Shown here: positions 1 through 9,818 of the stretch, in pieces
Layout of the letters: every line of letters begins with the position of its first letter
Position numbering within the stretch: position 1 is the stretch's first letter
IMG/VR virus record: IMGVR_UViG_3300032277_000012
Span: 1-43,534 of that record
DNA from: a virus
Taxonomy: Duplodnaviria; Caudoviricetes
DNA: 43,534 bases
Strand: one strand, 5' to 3'
Translations under genes and position numbers: made by a program
Notes under the pieces: model-generated
The model's database searches: none
The model's input: only the letters and a program-made list of their open reading frames with translations
Told to the model about the DNA's origin: nothing

Positions 1-127
1 AGGCTCGCGTTGAGCAACTTGAGAGCGGGACAAAGCGCGTTGAGGGTTTGGTTTGGGCTCGCGAGCAGCTCCGCGACTACCCCGCCGGTAAGCTTATCTC
101 CGACGACGAATTGAACGCGGAAGCCAA
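1..127. repeat. Terminal direct repeat, left copy (probable assembly overlap)
   Basis: Identical to 43408-43534. Confidence 0.97.
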
Positions 128-389
128 GAAAGGCCCCGGCGCTCTCAAGAACTTCGTCAACAACTTCGTGAGATTCTCACGCAAGGCCACGCGGACGCCA
201 GACTTCGGTACGACCAACCAAGGCAACCCAACCTTCGACGCGGGCGGAAGCCCAGCAGGAGCGGCCTACACCCCAGCGCAAGCTACCGCTGCAGATCGAC
301 TCGGAGCGCTCTACGACTCAAACCCGAGCTACGCTGGCCGCTTCACTCGCGAGAAATTTATCAAGCACAATATGGCAAACATGACCTAA
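1..389 (+). CDS. 3' part (scaffold portion) of Mu-like prohead protease/scaffold gene that starts at 42513
   Basis: Same frame as the open frame running from ATG 42513 across the junction; stop TAA at 387-389; sits before cement and capsid genes. Confidence 0.8.
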   Translation, partial: ARVEQLESGTKRVEGLVWAREQLRDYPAGKLISDDELNAEAKKGPGALKNFVNNFVRFSRKATRTPDFGTTNQGNPTFDAGGSPAGAAYTPAQATAADRLGALYDSNPSYAGRFTREKFIKHNMANMT

Positions 390-457
390 GCGGTCTTTAT
401 TGTCTTGTAAGCTTTGTAACGAACTAGAAGAATGAACAAGAGACTAAAGGAGTGGCC

Positions 458-1327
458 ATGGCTGCAACAGACGACGTAGAACTACCATACCGGACCCGCA
501 AGGACTTTTTCGCGCGTCCCCAAGATTCAAACACTCGCCTCTTTGGCGGCGCTCTTGCGGCTGTGTTGAACTCCGCTCACGGCACAGCTGCCGAGGTTGG
601 CGCGGCCAAGGTTTGGTCCGGGACCGCTGGTGAGATTCCCGTAGGAATGCCACACCGTCCCCAGGGTATCACTTTGGCGGCTGCCATTGGTCCAGGAGAC
701 GCTGGTTTTAAGGCGGCGGAGAACTTCGAGGGCGACCTTGAGGAAGGCGTGATTTACTCACAGCTATCCGTTGCTGGTGTCACCGGGGTGAGTGATTTCC
801 TTGCTCGCGTTTATTGGAGTGACGACAACACCCCCACCCTCACTGATCCAGGCCACGGCGTCCCCGCTGGTGTTGTCATTGGTTACGTTGAGACCGGCGT
901 GGCTGAAGTCCTTATGTTTACAATCATGGAGCAAATCTTACTTGGCTTGGTTGGTGGACCAGGACCGCGGACGATTGTTCTCGGTGAGATCCTCGCGGCT
1001 GCTTTCGTTGCTGGTGCTGTTCCCTTGCGGACGTGGGTTGCCACTTTCAACGGCCGCATTAAGCGTGTTGGCGTTGTTGGTTCGGCAGCTGGTGCTTCCT
1101 CAGACGGAACCGTTCAAGCTCGCATTGGCGGGGTTGGCGTGACGACTGGAACGGTTACCGTTGACTCGACAAACTTTACCGGCGTAAACACCACGGTTTT
1201 CGCTTCACCAACGGCGCTCAACAAGTTCAAGAAGGGCGACGTTATCGACCTTCTATTGGTCGAGTCCGTGGCAGTGTCAATCGACTTGAACGTATTTATT
1301 GAGGTCGAGGCGGACCCCGGCGTTTGA
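458..1327 (+). CDS. Capsid cement/head decoration protein (DUF2190-like N-domain plus extra C-terminal beta-rich domain)
   Basis: Between scaffold and MCP; VYWSDDNTPTLT...AGVVIGYV pattern resembles Mu-like cement proteins; AAGGAG RBS before ATG 458. Confidence 0.6.
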   Translation: MAATDDVELPYRTRKDFFARPQDSNTRLFGGALAAVLNSAHGTAAEVGAAKVWSGTAGEIPVGMPHRPQGITLAAAIGPGDAGFKAAENFEGDLEEGVIYSQLSVAGVTGVSDFLARVYWSDDNTPTLTDPGHGVPAGVVIGYVETGVAEVLMFTIMEQILLGLVGGPGPRTIVLGEILAAAFVAGAVPLRTWVATFNGRIKRVGVVGSAAGASSDGTVQARIGGVGVTTGTVTVDSTNFTGVNTTVFASPTALNKFKKGDVIDLLLVESVAVSIDLNVFIEVEADPGV

Positions 1328-1390
1328 TTCTGTCAGGCGTCGTTTCACTAATTATCGAATAGGCAAAGTTCTTTATCTGGAGGTAACAAA

Positions 1391-2401
1391 ATGGCTGGAC
1401 CAACCGTCGATGCCGTCTCGGGTCTGCTCTTAGGCTTGAACACAAACTTTCGGGAGACATACGATCGGGAAATTACACAGCCCGCCGAACCTCTCCCCAA
1501 TCTAATGAAACTCGCGTTGCCCTCAGACGGGGCCTATGAGCGCGAGCAGTATTGGGAGTCTCTACCACAGCCCCAACGTTGGGATCGCGGTAAGGACATT
1601 CCTCGCGACACCTTCAAGGGCCGCGTTTGGACAACCAAGATTTTGGACTGGGCCATTGCCATTCCAATCCACGAGAACGATATCAATGACTCGCGGGTTG
1701 GCAGTCTCTTGGACCGTGCCGGACAAGCTGCCAGCGGGTTCGCGGTTTTGGTTGAGCGCGTGTTCTTCCAGTTGCTCACGGCGGCTACAGACGCGCTTCT
1801 CTTGGACTCAATCCCACTTTGCCCAGACGGCGCGGCTCTTTTCAGCGCGACGGCTTCGGGCGCGGCTCGCTTCGGCAAGACCGGCGGTAACATTGTCCAG
1901 AGTGACGGCATTGACAACCAGGAGCAGGTCAAGTCGAGCTTCTACAAAGCCATGGTTCGCCAGTTGTCCTTCACGGACACCAAGGGCCAAACCCAGATCA
2001 ATCCTAAAATGCTGAGCCAGGGCTACACCATTGTGTATCCTCTACAGCACAAGGAAGTCTTTGACGAAACCTTTGGCTCAAACCTCGCCCTCAAAATGTT
2101 CTTGAACGCTTCCGGTGACCCGGCAGCTGCCACGGCCATTCAAAACGTGCTTACTCGTGGAGACATTCCGGTGACTCTATGGGGCTCACCTCGCTTGACT
2201 TCTGACTCTTGGTATATTGGCCTCAATGGCTACCCAACCAAGGGGATTTATCAGTATGAGCGCCAAGCACCCCGCGACAATATCAGCGACATGCTGAACT
2301 CAGACCGTGCGCGGACCAAGAAAGAAATCGTTGTCCAGTATGATTCGAGAGAAGGCTACGGTTACGCGTTGCCGATTCCTCTCATGAAGGTCAGCGGCTA
2401 A
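1391..2401 (+). CDS. Major capsid protein, Mu gpT-like
   Basis: LNTNFRETYD...WAIAIPIHENDINDSRVG...VFFQLL...CPDGAALFSA pattern matches Mu-like gpT; GGAGGT RBS; 336 aa. Confidence 0.9.
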   Translation: MAGPTVDAVSGLLLGLNTNFRETYDREITQPAEPLPNLMKLALPSDGAYEREQYWESLPQPQRWDRGKDIPRDTFKGRVWTTKILDWAIAIPIHENDINDSRVGSLLDRAGQAASGFAVLVERVFFQLLTAATDALLLDSIPLCPDGAALFSATASGAARFGKTGGNIVQSDGIDNQEQVKSSFYKAMVRQLSFTDTKGQTQINPKMLSQGYTIVYPLQHKEVFDETFGSNLALKMFLNASGDPAAATAIQNVLTRGDIPVTLWGSPRLTSDSWYIGLNGYPTKGIYQYERQAPRDNISDMLNSDRARTKKEIVVQYDSREGYGYALPIPLMKVSG

Positions 2402-2458
2402 AAGCATCTGCCCACCTGCGGTGTGGAGTTTCTGGGTTCTCCTAAAAAAACCCAGCGT

Positions 2459-2531
2459 AGCGGGGTAGATCAGTTGGTAGATCACCGGACTCATAATCCG
2501 GGGGCCGTTGGTTCGAGTCCAACCCCCGCAA
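2459..2531 (+). tRNA. tRNA-Met(CAT), initiator-like, no encoded CCA
   Basis: Cloverleaf: acceptor aGCGGGG/CCCCGCa, D-stem GATC/GATC, anticodon stem CCGGA/TCCGG with loop CTCATAA (CAT 2492-2494), T-arm GTTGG-TTCGAGT-CCAAC; 1:72 mismatch and A11:U24 pair. Confidence 0.93.
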
Positions 2532-2564
2532 TTTCCTAAACAACGAGAACAAAGGATAGAGATC

Positions 2565-2900
2565 ATGCCAGCACCAGTCACAACTTTCTTAGACCTTTCA
2601 GCAACCGAGACGATTGAGGTCATGGCGGCCCCCGAAGCCGGAGAAGCGGATATCTTGGCGGTTTTGCATAGCCTTGATATCGAGACGGTCTCGGGAACTT
2701 GGACTTACCAATTCAAGTCCGGTTCAACTCTCCTAGGGGCAGCTCGCTCACTTGCCTCCACCTCGAAGATTATTAAGCAAGGGGAGGAGTGGATTGCTGC
2801 AAGCCCCGCTGAAGCTCTTTCGTTGGTTCTCACTCGGACCAGCGGGACTCTTGTTGGCCACGTTACAGGCCGTAAAATCAACACCAAGCGCTTTGGTTGA
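2565..2900 (+). CDS. Hypothetical beta-rich protein, possibly virion-associated
   Basis: AAGGA RBS before ATG 2565, downstream of the tRNA; lies in the head-neck module. Confidence 0.6.
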   Translation: MPAPVTTFLDLSATETIEVMAAPEAGEADILAVLHSLDIETVSGTWTYQFKSGSTLLGAARSLASTSKIIKQGEEWIAASPAEALSLVLTRTSGTLVGHVTGRKINTKRFG

Positions 2901-2946
2901 TCCCAAAGCTTGACCCGTTCCAAAATCACCGCAGGAAAGTAGATAC

Positions 2947-3711
2947 ATGACAAAGAAATTGACACCCGCTGATCTTAAGGCCAAGCGCCAAGCGGCAGCG
3001 GCTAAGGGTCGCGAGACAAAAGCCCGCAAGGCGGCCGAGAAAGCTAAGGCGGAGGCTGAGTCGAAGCTTTGGCCGGTTCCCAGAGTGGAAGAGACTTCTT
3101 ACCTTGAACCAAAGGCAAAGCCCGCCTCCCCACCTACCAAGCCAACCGGGCCCAAGATTATCAAGCGCTTCACTCACCACGCGGGCATTATTCCAGGTTG
3201 CCCTTTTGAGTCGGAGAGTTTTGACGGGGTTGAGTTCTTGATCACCCACAAGATCTTCAAGAACCGGAACGACCCCCAGGAGGACGGCCAACTTCTCTAC
3301 GGCAAGAAGATAATGCTCTCCGAGGCGCATTACCTCAAGGTCAAGACCAAGATCGCTGACTACCGCGTCCGCTGGGTTGGTGACATGCCCCCAGACGAGA
3401 ATGGAGATCTGGTTGGCGTCGGTCCAAACAAGAAGTCCAGCTATGGCATGTGGTTCACCACAAAGTCGGGCGAAGGCTTCTACGGCCTCGAACACACGGA
3501 CGAGCCTTTGGCCAAGTATCTTTACTTGAAGCGCGGCCGTGTTGACTTTATCAACCCACCCTCAACGTCCATGTATGACGAGGATCCCGAGTTCTTCAAG
3601 CTCAAGGGCCCTCAACAGGTCATTTACCAAGACGACGACGGGGAGGGCGACGTTGTTGGGCCGGTTGACTCGGACTCGATCCCGGCGGAATACCCCCCAG
3701 TCCACATTTGA
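2947..3711 (+). CDS. Hypothetical protein with Lys/Ala-rich N-terminus
   Basis: 254-aa ORF with AGGA RBS in operon context; no family recognised. Confidence 0.65.
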   Translation: MTKKLTPADLKAKRQAAAAKGRETKARKAAEKAKAEAESKLWPVPRVEETSYLEPKAKPASPPTKPTGPKIIKRFTHHAGIIPGCPFESESFDGVEFLITHKIFKNRNDPQEDGQLLYGKKIMLSEAHYLKVKTKIADYRVRWVGDMPPDENGDLVGVGPNKKSSYGMWFTTKSGEGFYGLEHTDEPLAKYLYLKRGRVDFINPPSTSMYDEDPEFFKLKGPQQVIYQDDDGEGDVVGPVDSDSIPAEYPPVHI

Positions 3712-3721
3712 GGTTTAGACC

Positions 3722-4180
3722 ATGACCCTTATTGCAAACGTCCAGCTGAGGATTCCCACGGGCGTCCTCACTAAGCTGACAAACGCAAACGACCGAACGG
3801 CCACCACTCCAAACCTAATCACCTTAGGGCTCGCTTGCGACGACGTAGAGGCGGATTTCCAGGTGGAGACGGGGAGTGCTTACGACGACACAGAGCCCAT
3901 GCATGTCAGTCGTTCGGTTGAAGGGGTCCGGTTGAAGCTTCGGAGCTGGATTAACACCGGCCTTGGAGTCGTTGACAACTCGTATGATAAGTGGATGGAC
4001 CGCTTGAACAAGATCGAGGACCGGACGGCCAAGGCGGCCTTTTCAGCCAAGACAAACTCCAATTTGTCACCCACGCGAGAAACTGGACTTGTCCGGCCGA
4101 TCAATGACAAGTCTCACATGAACGCTATGAGAACCAACCCGCCAAACAGTCGGGCCCAAGACCCTTACCGGGGGCGATAG
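3722..4180 (+). CDS. Head-tail adaptor, Mu gp36/DUF1320-like
   Basis: LTKLTN...LGLACDDVEADF...YDKWMDRLNKI pattern; size and position fit. Confidence 0.65.
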   Translation: MTLIANVQLRIPTGVLTKLTNANDRTATTPNLITLGLACDDVEADFQVETGSAYDDTEPMHVSRSVEGVRLKLRSWINTGLGVVDNSYDKWMDRLNKIEDRTAKAAFSAKTNSNLSPTRETGLVRPINDKSHMNAMRTNPPNSRAQDPYRGR

Positions 4181-4188
4181 GAGTTGAG

Positions 4189-4746
4189 GTGGGAGGACTT
4201 GAGGAGCTTGGGAAAAGGGTAAGTCAGGGCCAAATGGATCCGCTTCTTGACCGCATTGGGCTCTTGCTTGTTAGCAGGGCCCAAAAGTCGTTCAGGGCCC
4301 AGAGTCGGGGCGGAAAAGGTTGGCTGCCAAGAGCAGCTCCAAACGCGGCCGGGCTTGTTCGCGACTTCGCGAGCGGGGCCAACCCTCCGGCAAGGCGCTT
4401 CCAGTCAAGGCCCGCTCTCATAGACACGGGGACTCTTAGGAACTCGATTACCTACCGCAAGGGCAAGGACTTCGTGGAAATCGGGAGCCCCTTGTCATAC
4501 GCCGAAGTCCACAACCGAGGCGGAGAAACAGAGCCCATACCAGTCACCGACACGGTCAAGAAGAATTTGCGGAAGTGGCTGGCCAAGAGAAAGAACGCGA
4601 TTTATCGGGGAAGGCTTCAGTTTTTGTTAGCCCCTGAGTTAAACTCATTGCGTGTGACAGTCCCGGCCAGGACGTTCTTAGACTTCACCGAGAAGGACCG
4701 GCAGGACATAGGCACGATCTTCAAGGAATTCATGGAGACTTTATAA
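4189..4746 (+). CDS. Virion morphogenesis protein (Mu gpG / P2 gpS family)
   Basis: LIDTGTLRNSITY...VEIGSPLSYAEVHNRGG...VPARTFL motifs. Confidence 0.88.
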   Translation: MGGLEELGKRVSQGQMDPLLDRIGLLLVSRAQKSFRAQSRGGKGWLPRAAPNAAGLVRDFASGANPPARRFQSRPALIDTGTLRNSITYRKGKDFVEIGSPLSYAEVHNRGGETEPIPVTDTVKKNLRKWLAKRKNAIYRGRLQFLLAPELNSLRVTVPARTFLDFTEKDRQDIGTIFKEFMETL

Positions 4747-6069
4747 ATGGCAGTCCTATCATTTACGAACGCTTGGAACACGTTAAGAGAAGCCGTCCAG
4801 CTCTTAACACAAATCGACTCGTTCGTGCAAACGGCCACGACGGGGTTCTTGGCCAAGGAGCTGGACGCCCTAGACATAATCATGGGGGGCTCACCAGACC
4901 GCGCGCGGATTACCACTGCGCTTGCCTCCACTCGCTCCGCTATGAGCGCGGTTGAGGGTTCGGCCGCTGACATTCTCACGGGGCCCTTGCTTCTCATTGG
5001 TGAGGCTATCGGGAGCGCTTCTCGCGACCCCGTTGGCATTCTCCTCGACTTGCGGGTTTACTTCGACGACCAGGGCGAGACAATCTTGTATCGCAACTTC
5101 ACCTATGGGGCCAAAGCCGACGTTGGCAGCCCGAACGGTGACGGCTTGGTATTGAGGGTGACTCAAGACGCTTTCGGGAATAATATCGAGCGCATTCACG
5201 CGGACGTTATCTCAATGAAAGTTGTTCGCGACCAAGTCATAGGCGGGACGGACCCCGGCAAGGAAGTATGGCAGCTTGAAGGGCGACCAACAGGGCCGGA
5301 CCAATTGGAGATCGACAACTCAGACCGTGGAAGCGGCTTGCTTGAGCAGATCGCGGCTCAGGAGGCGATTGACTCCATCGTCCCAAATGCGAGCTTCTCA
5401 AACGCGGACAGTGACAGCGCGCCAACCCTCTTAACAGGGTGGAAGTGGGACGATTCGGGGACACTCACCGAGACCTTTGCAGGTGACGGTTCAGACATTG
5501 AAATTGACCGGACAAATTACTACAGAGCGTCTAAGCAGCTGGAAGGCGACAACCCCGGCGCGCTTTCAATGAACAAGGCCATTCGGTTGGTTGCGGCTTT
5601 GGGAGCGGACGGCCGCGGTGGTCTTGACGACCGCTTCCCTTACATTGGTTGCATTGCTATCAACCCCACCCCCGGAACCTACTCGGGCAAGTTCCGGGCC
5701 CGCATTGGGGGCATGACAATGACTCAAGCGAGCCCCGGCGCTGGTTGGGTTTTGGAAGTCTTCCCCTTGACTAGCGGCGATAACTGGCCAGAGAACTTCA
5801 ACGAGATCCCGCCTACGACCTTTTTCGAGGTGGAGACCTACGACTACGTGAGCGGTAAGCTCAAGGTGGATCACTTCCTTTGCCATCCAGCTCCCTCCTA
5901 TGACGGGCACTTTTTGAGCTTTGTTGGCCGTACAACGGATTGGAAGAAAAACGACAAAGCAACGATCACAGACACCCACTCCGCCACCCCCGGCCAGATA
6001 CAGACTTGGCTTTGGAGAACCTTTGGCGTTGACTTAGCCTCAGCAGCCTCACCCTCACTAGCGGATTGA
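4747..6069 (+). CDS. Hypothetical virion structural protein
   Basis: 440-aa ORF abutting the gpG-like gene in the neck/tail module; no sheath motifs seen. Confidence 0.6.
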   Translation: MAVLSFTNAWNTLREAVQLLTQIDSFVQTATTGFLAKELDALDIIMGGSPDRARITTALASTRSAMSAVEGSAADILTGPLLLIGEAIGSASRDPVGILLDLRVYFDDQGETILYRNFTYGAKADVGSPNGDGLVLRVTQDAFGNNIERIHADVISMKVVRDQVIGGTDPGKEVWQLEGRPTGPDQLEIDNSDRGSGLLEQIAAQEAIDSIVPNASFSNADSDSAPTLLTGWKWDDSGTLTETFAGDGSDIEIDRTNYYRASKQLEGDNPGALSMNKAIRLVAALGADGRGGLDDRFPYIGCIAINPTPGTYSGKFRARIGGMTMTQASPGAGWVLEVFPLTSGDNWPENFNEIPPTTFFEVETYDYVSGKLKVDHFLCHPAPSYDGHFLSFVGRTTDWKKNDKATITDTHSATPGQIQTWLWRTFGVDLASAASPSLAD

Positions 6070-6072
6070 GCC

Positions 6073-6618
6073 ATGGCCGAAGATATAAACTTGGACCAGA
6101 TCTTAAACGTTCCTGGCCGCTTGGTTTGGAACCCTACCACGAGCTTAAGCGCCACGGCTTTCCCATACGGCGGAACCGCGCTTGGCCAAGTTGTGGACGT
6201 TCAGGTTCAAGCTTTCGAGTCCATTGAGAAGCTGGCAGAGGAGAGTTTTGGAGAGGCCCCTATTGAGACAATATTCCTCGGAGAGGCTTGGGCTATAGGT
6301 TTCATACTCTCCGAGTTTGATATAGACGCCTTGTCCTTGGTCTTTCCGGCGGCTTCTGTGGGAGTGGACGGAGGCATTGTCTTACGTGGTGGGAGGGAAC
6401 CGGGAACGCTAGGTTCGACCCTTGAGGGGCAACTTCTTTTCGCTCCACTAGATCCTAACCAGCGGTTCATTCGCTTGCGGCGGGCGGTTCCCAGGCTAGA
6501 AGAGACCGCGAGTCTTATGCACGATTTAGACACAAACTTGGTTTTCCCTTGCATTTTCCACGCGCACTTTGACGACACGGCGCAACCATTTGACTACGGA
6601 TACAAAGAGGACATATGA
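6073..6618 (+). CDS. Putative tail tube (major tail) protein
   Basis: Acidic beta-rich 181 aa; GRLVW...LGQVVDVQV...E..FG..PIE...LSEFD..ALSLVFP pattern like siphoviral tube proteins; position fits. Confidence 0.55.
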   Translation: MAEDINLDQILNVPGRLVWNPTTSLSATAFPYGGTALGQVVDVQVQAFESIEKLAEESFGEAPIETIFLGEAWAIGFILSEFDIDALSLVFPAASVGVDGGIVLRGGREPGTLGSTLEGQLLFAPLDPNQRFIRLRRAVPRLEETASLMHDLDTNLVFPCIFHAHFDDTAQPFDYGYKEDI

Positions 6619-6947
6619 CCAACAGTGAGAATGAGGAGCTTTCCCCCCAGGCGAGAGCTAAGATCGAAGAGGACAAGCGGCGCGAGGCCCGCAGGTTTTT
6701 TGAGTCGGGCGGCCGGATTGGTTGGTTCGAGTGGTGTTCCCTTAGTCCCCCGGACCAAGATATCTTTTTGGAGGAGCGCAAGGCGTGGAGAATCAAAGAA
6801 GAGACGACCAAGGCCCTTATCCACATTTCCACCCAGAACGACCCCACAAGCGCCCTATCCGACGTTTTGGATCCCGTGGGTTTCGCTTCGTTAAAGCTAA
6901 AACAAAAGCTCGCGGAGTCGATCAACAACCGCGCAAGGAATGACTAA
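6615..6947 (+). CDS. Putative tail assembly chaperone
   Basis: Small helical charged ORF coupled (ATGA) to the tube gene. Confidence 0.4.
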   Translation: MTNSENEELSPQARAKIEEDKRREARRFFESGGRIGWFEWCSLSPPDQDIFLEERKAWRIKEETTKALIHISTQNDPTSALSDVLDPVGFASLKLKQKLAESINNRARND

Positions 6948-7738
6948 TGAACCAGCTTCAGGTATTGCAGCAACTAAAGAAACTACTATCCGAGCGGCGC
7001 TTTTTCGGTGACGTTTCGGAGCCGTTGGCGTTTGTTGACGTGGTGATTTCTGAGGCCTCAATACTTGAGCTTTTCGCCAGCTCAGACGCGCAACTCCCCA
7101 TGGCTAAGTTGAGCGCGGGTTCCGTGAGTTGGTCGCGCAAAATACAAGGCTACTCGGACGCCATGAGCTACGACGTGACGGTGGCTTGTGAGGTGGAGGG
7201 GGACGCCCTCGGTGAGCATGTCATGATTGGCGGCGCGATTGACGCTTCGGTCATTGGTCCAGACGGGCGCGGAGTTCTTGAGCTTGGTGAGGAGGTCTTG
7301 GAGACCCTCAAGCTTGTTGACCCTCGCCTTGGCCTCTCTCTACAACTGAAGTCGGAAGGGCAAAGCCAAGCGGCTCCCATAGACTCCACGCGCTGGATAG
7401 CAGAGCGGACGTACACCTTCACGGGCAAGGGGACGGCTTCGGCTTTCTTCTTTCCGGCGCGGAGGTTTAGAAACACGGCCTTTGTCTTTACTTGGGAGCT
7501 ACCCCCGGCCCAGTTTGGCTTTACAGGCATGATCTTACGGCGGGCAGCTGGTAGCACGGCCCCGGACACAATGACGGCCGGGGACGCGGTGGCAATCTCC
7601 GACCCCTTGACGGATACGGGCGTGACAGATACACCAGGGGCGGGAACCTTCTCTTATGCCTTGTTTGCGGGCTACAATCTAAGGGAGGGGACCACGGCCA
7701 ACCGGGCCAGCAAAGCCTTGACGATTGAGGGGATCTAA
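6947..7738 (+). CDS. Putative tail completion/terminator protein with C-terminal FN3/Ig-like domain
   Basis: N-domain resembles tail terminators; C-terminal FTWELPP...FTGMILRR..GSTAP...TDT...TFSYALFA is FN3-like. Confidence 0.45.
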   Translation: MNQLQVLQQLKKLLSERRFFGDVSEPLAFVDVVISEASILELFASSDAQLPMAKLSAGSVSWSRKIQGYSDAMSYDVTVACEVEGDALGEHVMIGGAIDASVIGPDGRGVLELGEEVLETLKLVDPRLGLSLQLKSEGQSQAAPIDSTRWIAERTYTFTGKGTASAFFFPARRFRNTAFVFTWELPPAQFGFTGMILRRAAGSTAPDTMTAGDAVAISDPLTDTGVTDTPGAGTFSYALFAGYNLREGTTANRASKALTIEGI

Positions 7739-8346
7739 TGGCAAGTCTTGAGGAAGTCGTAAGGATACGCTTCGAAACAACGAGCGCGGCCAAGGATATA
7801 AAGAAGATATCCGGGGACGTGGCCAAGTCAGGGCAAAAGGCGGCCGGTGACATTTTGGGAGGACTCGGAAAGGGAGTTTCGAAGTTTTTCGGAGCGGCCA
7901 ACCTTGGCTCCCTTGCTTTGGGAGCCGCTCAAGGGGCGGCCAGCGGCGCGGCTTCTGGTATTGCTGCCACGAGCGGCCTTGAGTCCAACTCAACGGCGGC
8001 TTTTCGCGCTGGTGTGGGAGCCAAGGCCGGGCTCGTTGACGCAACCATTGGAAACATTCCTATCGTTGGTCAACCGTTGGCCGAGCTTATTAAGTTCGAG
8101 GACCGCAAAAACCGGGCGGTTGGTGAGAACGCGGAGCAGCTCGCGCTTCAAAGAGTCGGAGCGGAGGCGGCCAACCTTGCCGGGGGCGGTATTGGCGTTT
8201 CGGACAATGACATAGCAACGGCACTTAGGATTGCTCGGCAGCGGGCGATTCGCGAGGTGGACACTCAGCGGAGGGTGAACGCTCAAGCTGACTATGCGGG
8301 CACAGTGGTCAAGGCAAACCGATATAGCGCGAACGCGAGGCAGTAA
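7738..8346 (+). CDS. Short tape-measure-like protein
   Basis: MASLEEVVRIRFETTSAAKDIKKI start typical of TMPs; Ala/Gly-rich and helical; precedes tail-tip genes. Confidence 0.5.
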   Translation: MASLEEVVRIRFETTSAAKDIKKISGDVAKSGQKAAGDILGGLGKGVSKFFGAANLGSLALGAAQGAASGAASGIAATSGLESNSTAAFRAGVGAKAGLVDATIGNIPIVGQPLAELIKFEDRKNRAVGENAEQLALQRVGAEAANLAGGGIGVSDNDIATALRIARQRAIREVDTQRRVNAQADYAGTVVKANRYSANARQ

Positions 8347-8349
8347 ACC

Positions 8350-9804
8350 ATGGCCCAGGCAATCACCATAATTTATGCAGGACTGACAATCGGCGGAGCT
8401 TTACCACACCGCAAGATCAGGAAATACACCCAGCGGCGGGGAAAGGACGTTCTGAACGTCTCTTGCGAGTTCTTGGTTGCCGACTCGGACATTGACACCT
8501 TTGCGGCGCTCACGGCCACGGCGGACGTGGAGGGCTCCAAGCGCGATCAAACGATTAAGATCACAATTGGAACGGTGGACGTTCTTGACGTGAAGGAATC
8601 GGACTTCTCGGCCTTCAATGTAGAAGCCGTCATATCAAAGACCGGGGACATAGCAGACACAGCCAGGACGAGGGTTTACACCTTAGACATAACGGCCAAC
8701 CTTGACCCGTCGAAGACTGGCTTTGGTGGTCGCTTCGACACGGAAATACAGACGGTCTATCTTGAGAACCGAGCGCGGCGCGTTCTTTTCAACATAAAAT
8801 ACCACGCTCAGGGGGCCCCGGTTTCGGAGAATGCCTTGGAGCGTTACTTGGGGCAAGCAAAGATCTTCGCGCAGTCCTTCCTTGATAACTTGGACAGCCC
8901 CTCAAAGAAGTGGCAGCTAAAGGCCGAGGACATTAGGCAGAACGAGGGCATTGACGAGGATCCAGAGACACAAGAGCCCACGGTAGTCACGGCAACGCTT
9001 CAATATGACTTGCTGGTGGCGTCCCAAGGGGCTACACCGGACACCCTTGACCCCGAGATTACAAGCCAAAATATCTCGCTCTCAAGATCCCAGGCGGCCA
9101 TTGAAGACACAGTCATGAATGGTATCCGAGCTAAGAAGTTCGAGGACTTCACGATTACTTACTCGGTGGTCTTCAACGTGGAGCTGACCACGGACCTGCG
9201 TACCAAGTATGACACCAAGGCGCGGGCTCTGGCCATTAAGAAGGCCCAGCAACGTTACCCCGAGCTTGGTGGGATCCTTAGCGTTGAAGACGTGACTTTT
9301 GACGACGTGGCCAACTCGGTCACCGTGCAAATGAGATTCTCTTCAGCCAGCACCGGGCAGTTTGTCAAGATTGGCTATGAGCAGACTATGATTACGGACG
9401 AGGGCCTAATTATCACGCCCTTACTCCTTGGCGACGTTTTGCTTGCGGACGTTCAACAGGGTCCGAAGATCATAGGGATTCGCCAGTCTCTCACCCAAAC
9501 TTACGTTTTTCCGGGTTCTCGGATAGAGCTCCCCGATCCCCCCGACGGATACTTGAGACTTAGGAGCCCGGAGGAGTCGGTCAGGGTTTTTGAGATAGGC
9601 CGTCTTGGTCGTCGATTGACGCTGGTTGAGCTTCGCCAGACGGTTGAGCTAAGACGATTGAACCAATATAAGTCTGGTGGTAAGGTTGGGCAAGTGCAGT
9701 CCGTTGCTGGTTCAACCTCGATTGAGTTCTTTGGTGAGCTTGTCGCGCTTGGTGAAGCGGGCGGAACCGCAAAACAGGGGGCCAACCCTCCAAAAGTTAA
9801 GTAG
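8350..9804 (+). CDS. Putative distal tail/tail-tip protein
   Basis: 484-aa beta-rich ORF directly after the TMP-like gene. Confidence 0.5.
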   Translation: MAQAITIIYAGLTIGGALPHRKIRKYTQRRGKDVLNVSCEFLVADSDIDTFAALTATADVEGSKRDQTIKITIGTVDVLDVKESDFSAFNVEAVISKTGDIADTARTRVYTLDITANLDPSKTGFGGRFDTEIQTVYLENRARRVLFNIKYHAQGAPVSENALERYLGQAKIFAQSFLDNLDSPSKKWQLKAEDIRQNEGIDEDPETQEPTVVTATLQYDLLVASQGATPDTLDPEITSQNISLSRSQAAIEDTVMNGIRAKKFEDFTITYSVVFNVELTTDLRTKYDTKARALAIKKAQQRYPELGGILSVEDVTFDDVANSVTVQMRFSSASTGQFVKIGYEQTMITDEGLIITPLLLGDVLLADVQQGPKIIGIRQSLTQTYVFPGSRIELPDPPDGYLRLRSPEESVRVFEIGRLGRRLTLVELRQTVELRRLNQYKSGGKVGQVQSVAGSTSIEFFGELVALGEAGGTAKQGANPPKVK

Positions 9805-9818
9805 CAGGAGGAGTAGGC

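Noticed and set aside
2508-2564. TTG-started extension of ORF 2508-2900
   Set aside because: Overlaps the tRNA; ATG 2565 has an RBS
6685-6775. Programmed -1 frameshift in the tail chaperone (T-runs)
   Set aside because: Neither G-TTT-TTT nor C-TTT-TTG is a canonical XXXYYYZ heptamer in frame, and no convincing extended product is evident
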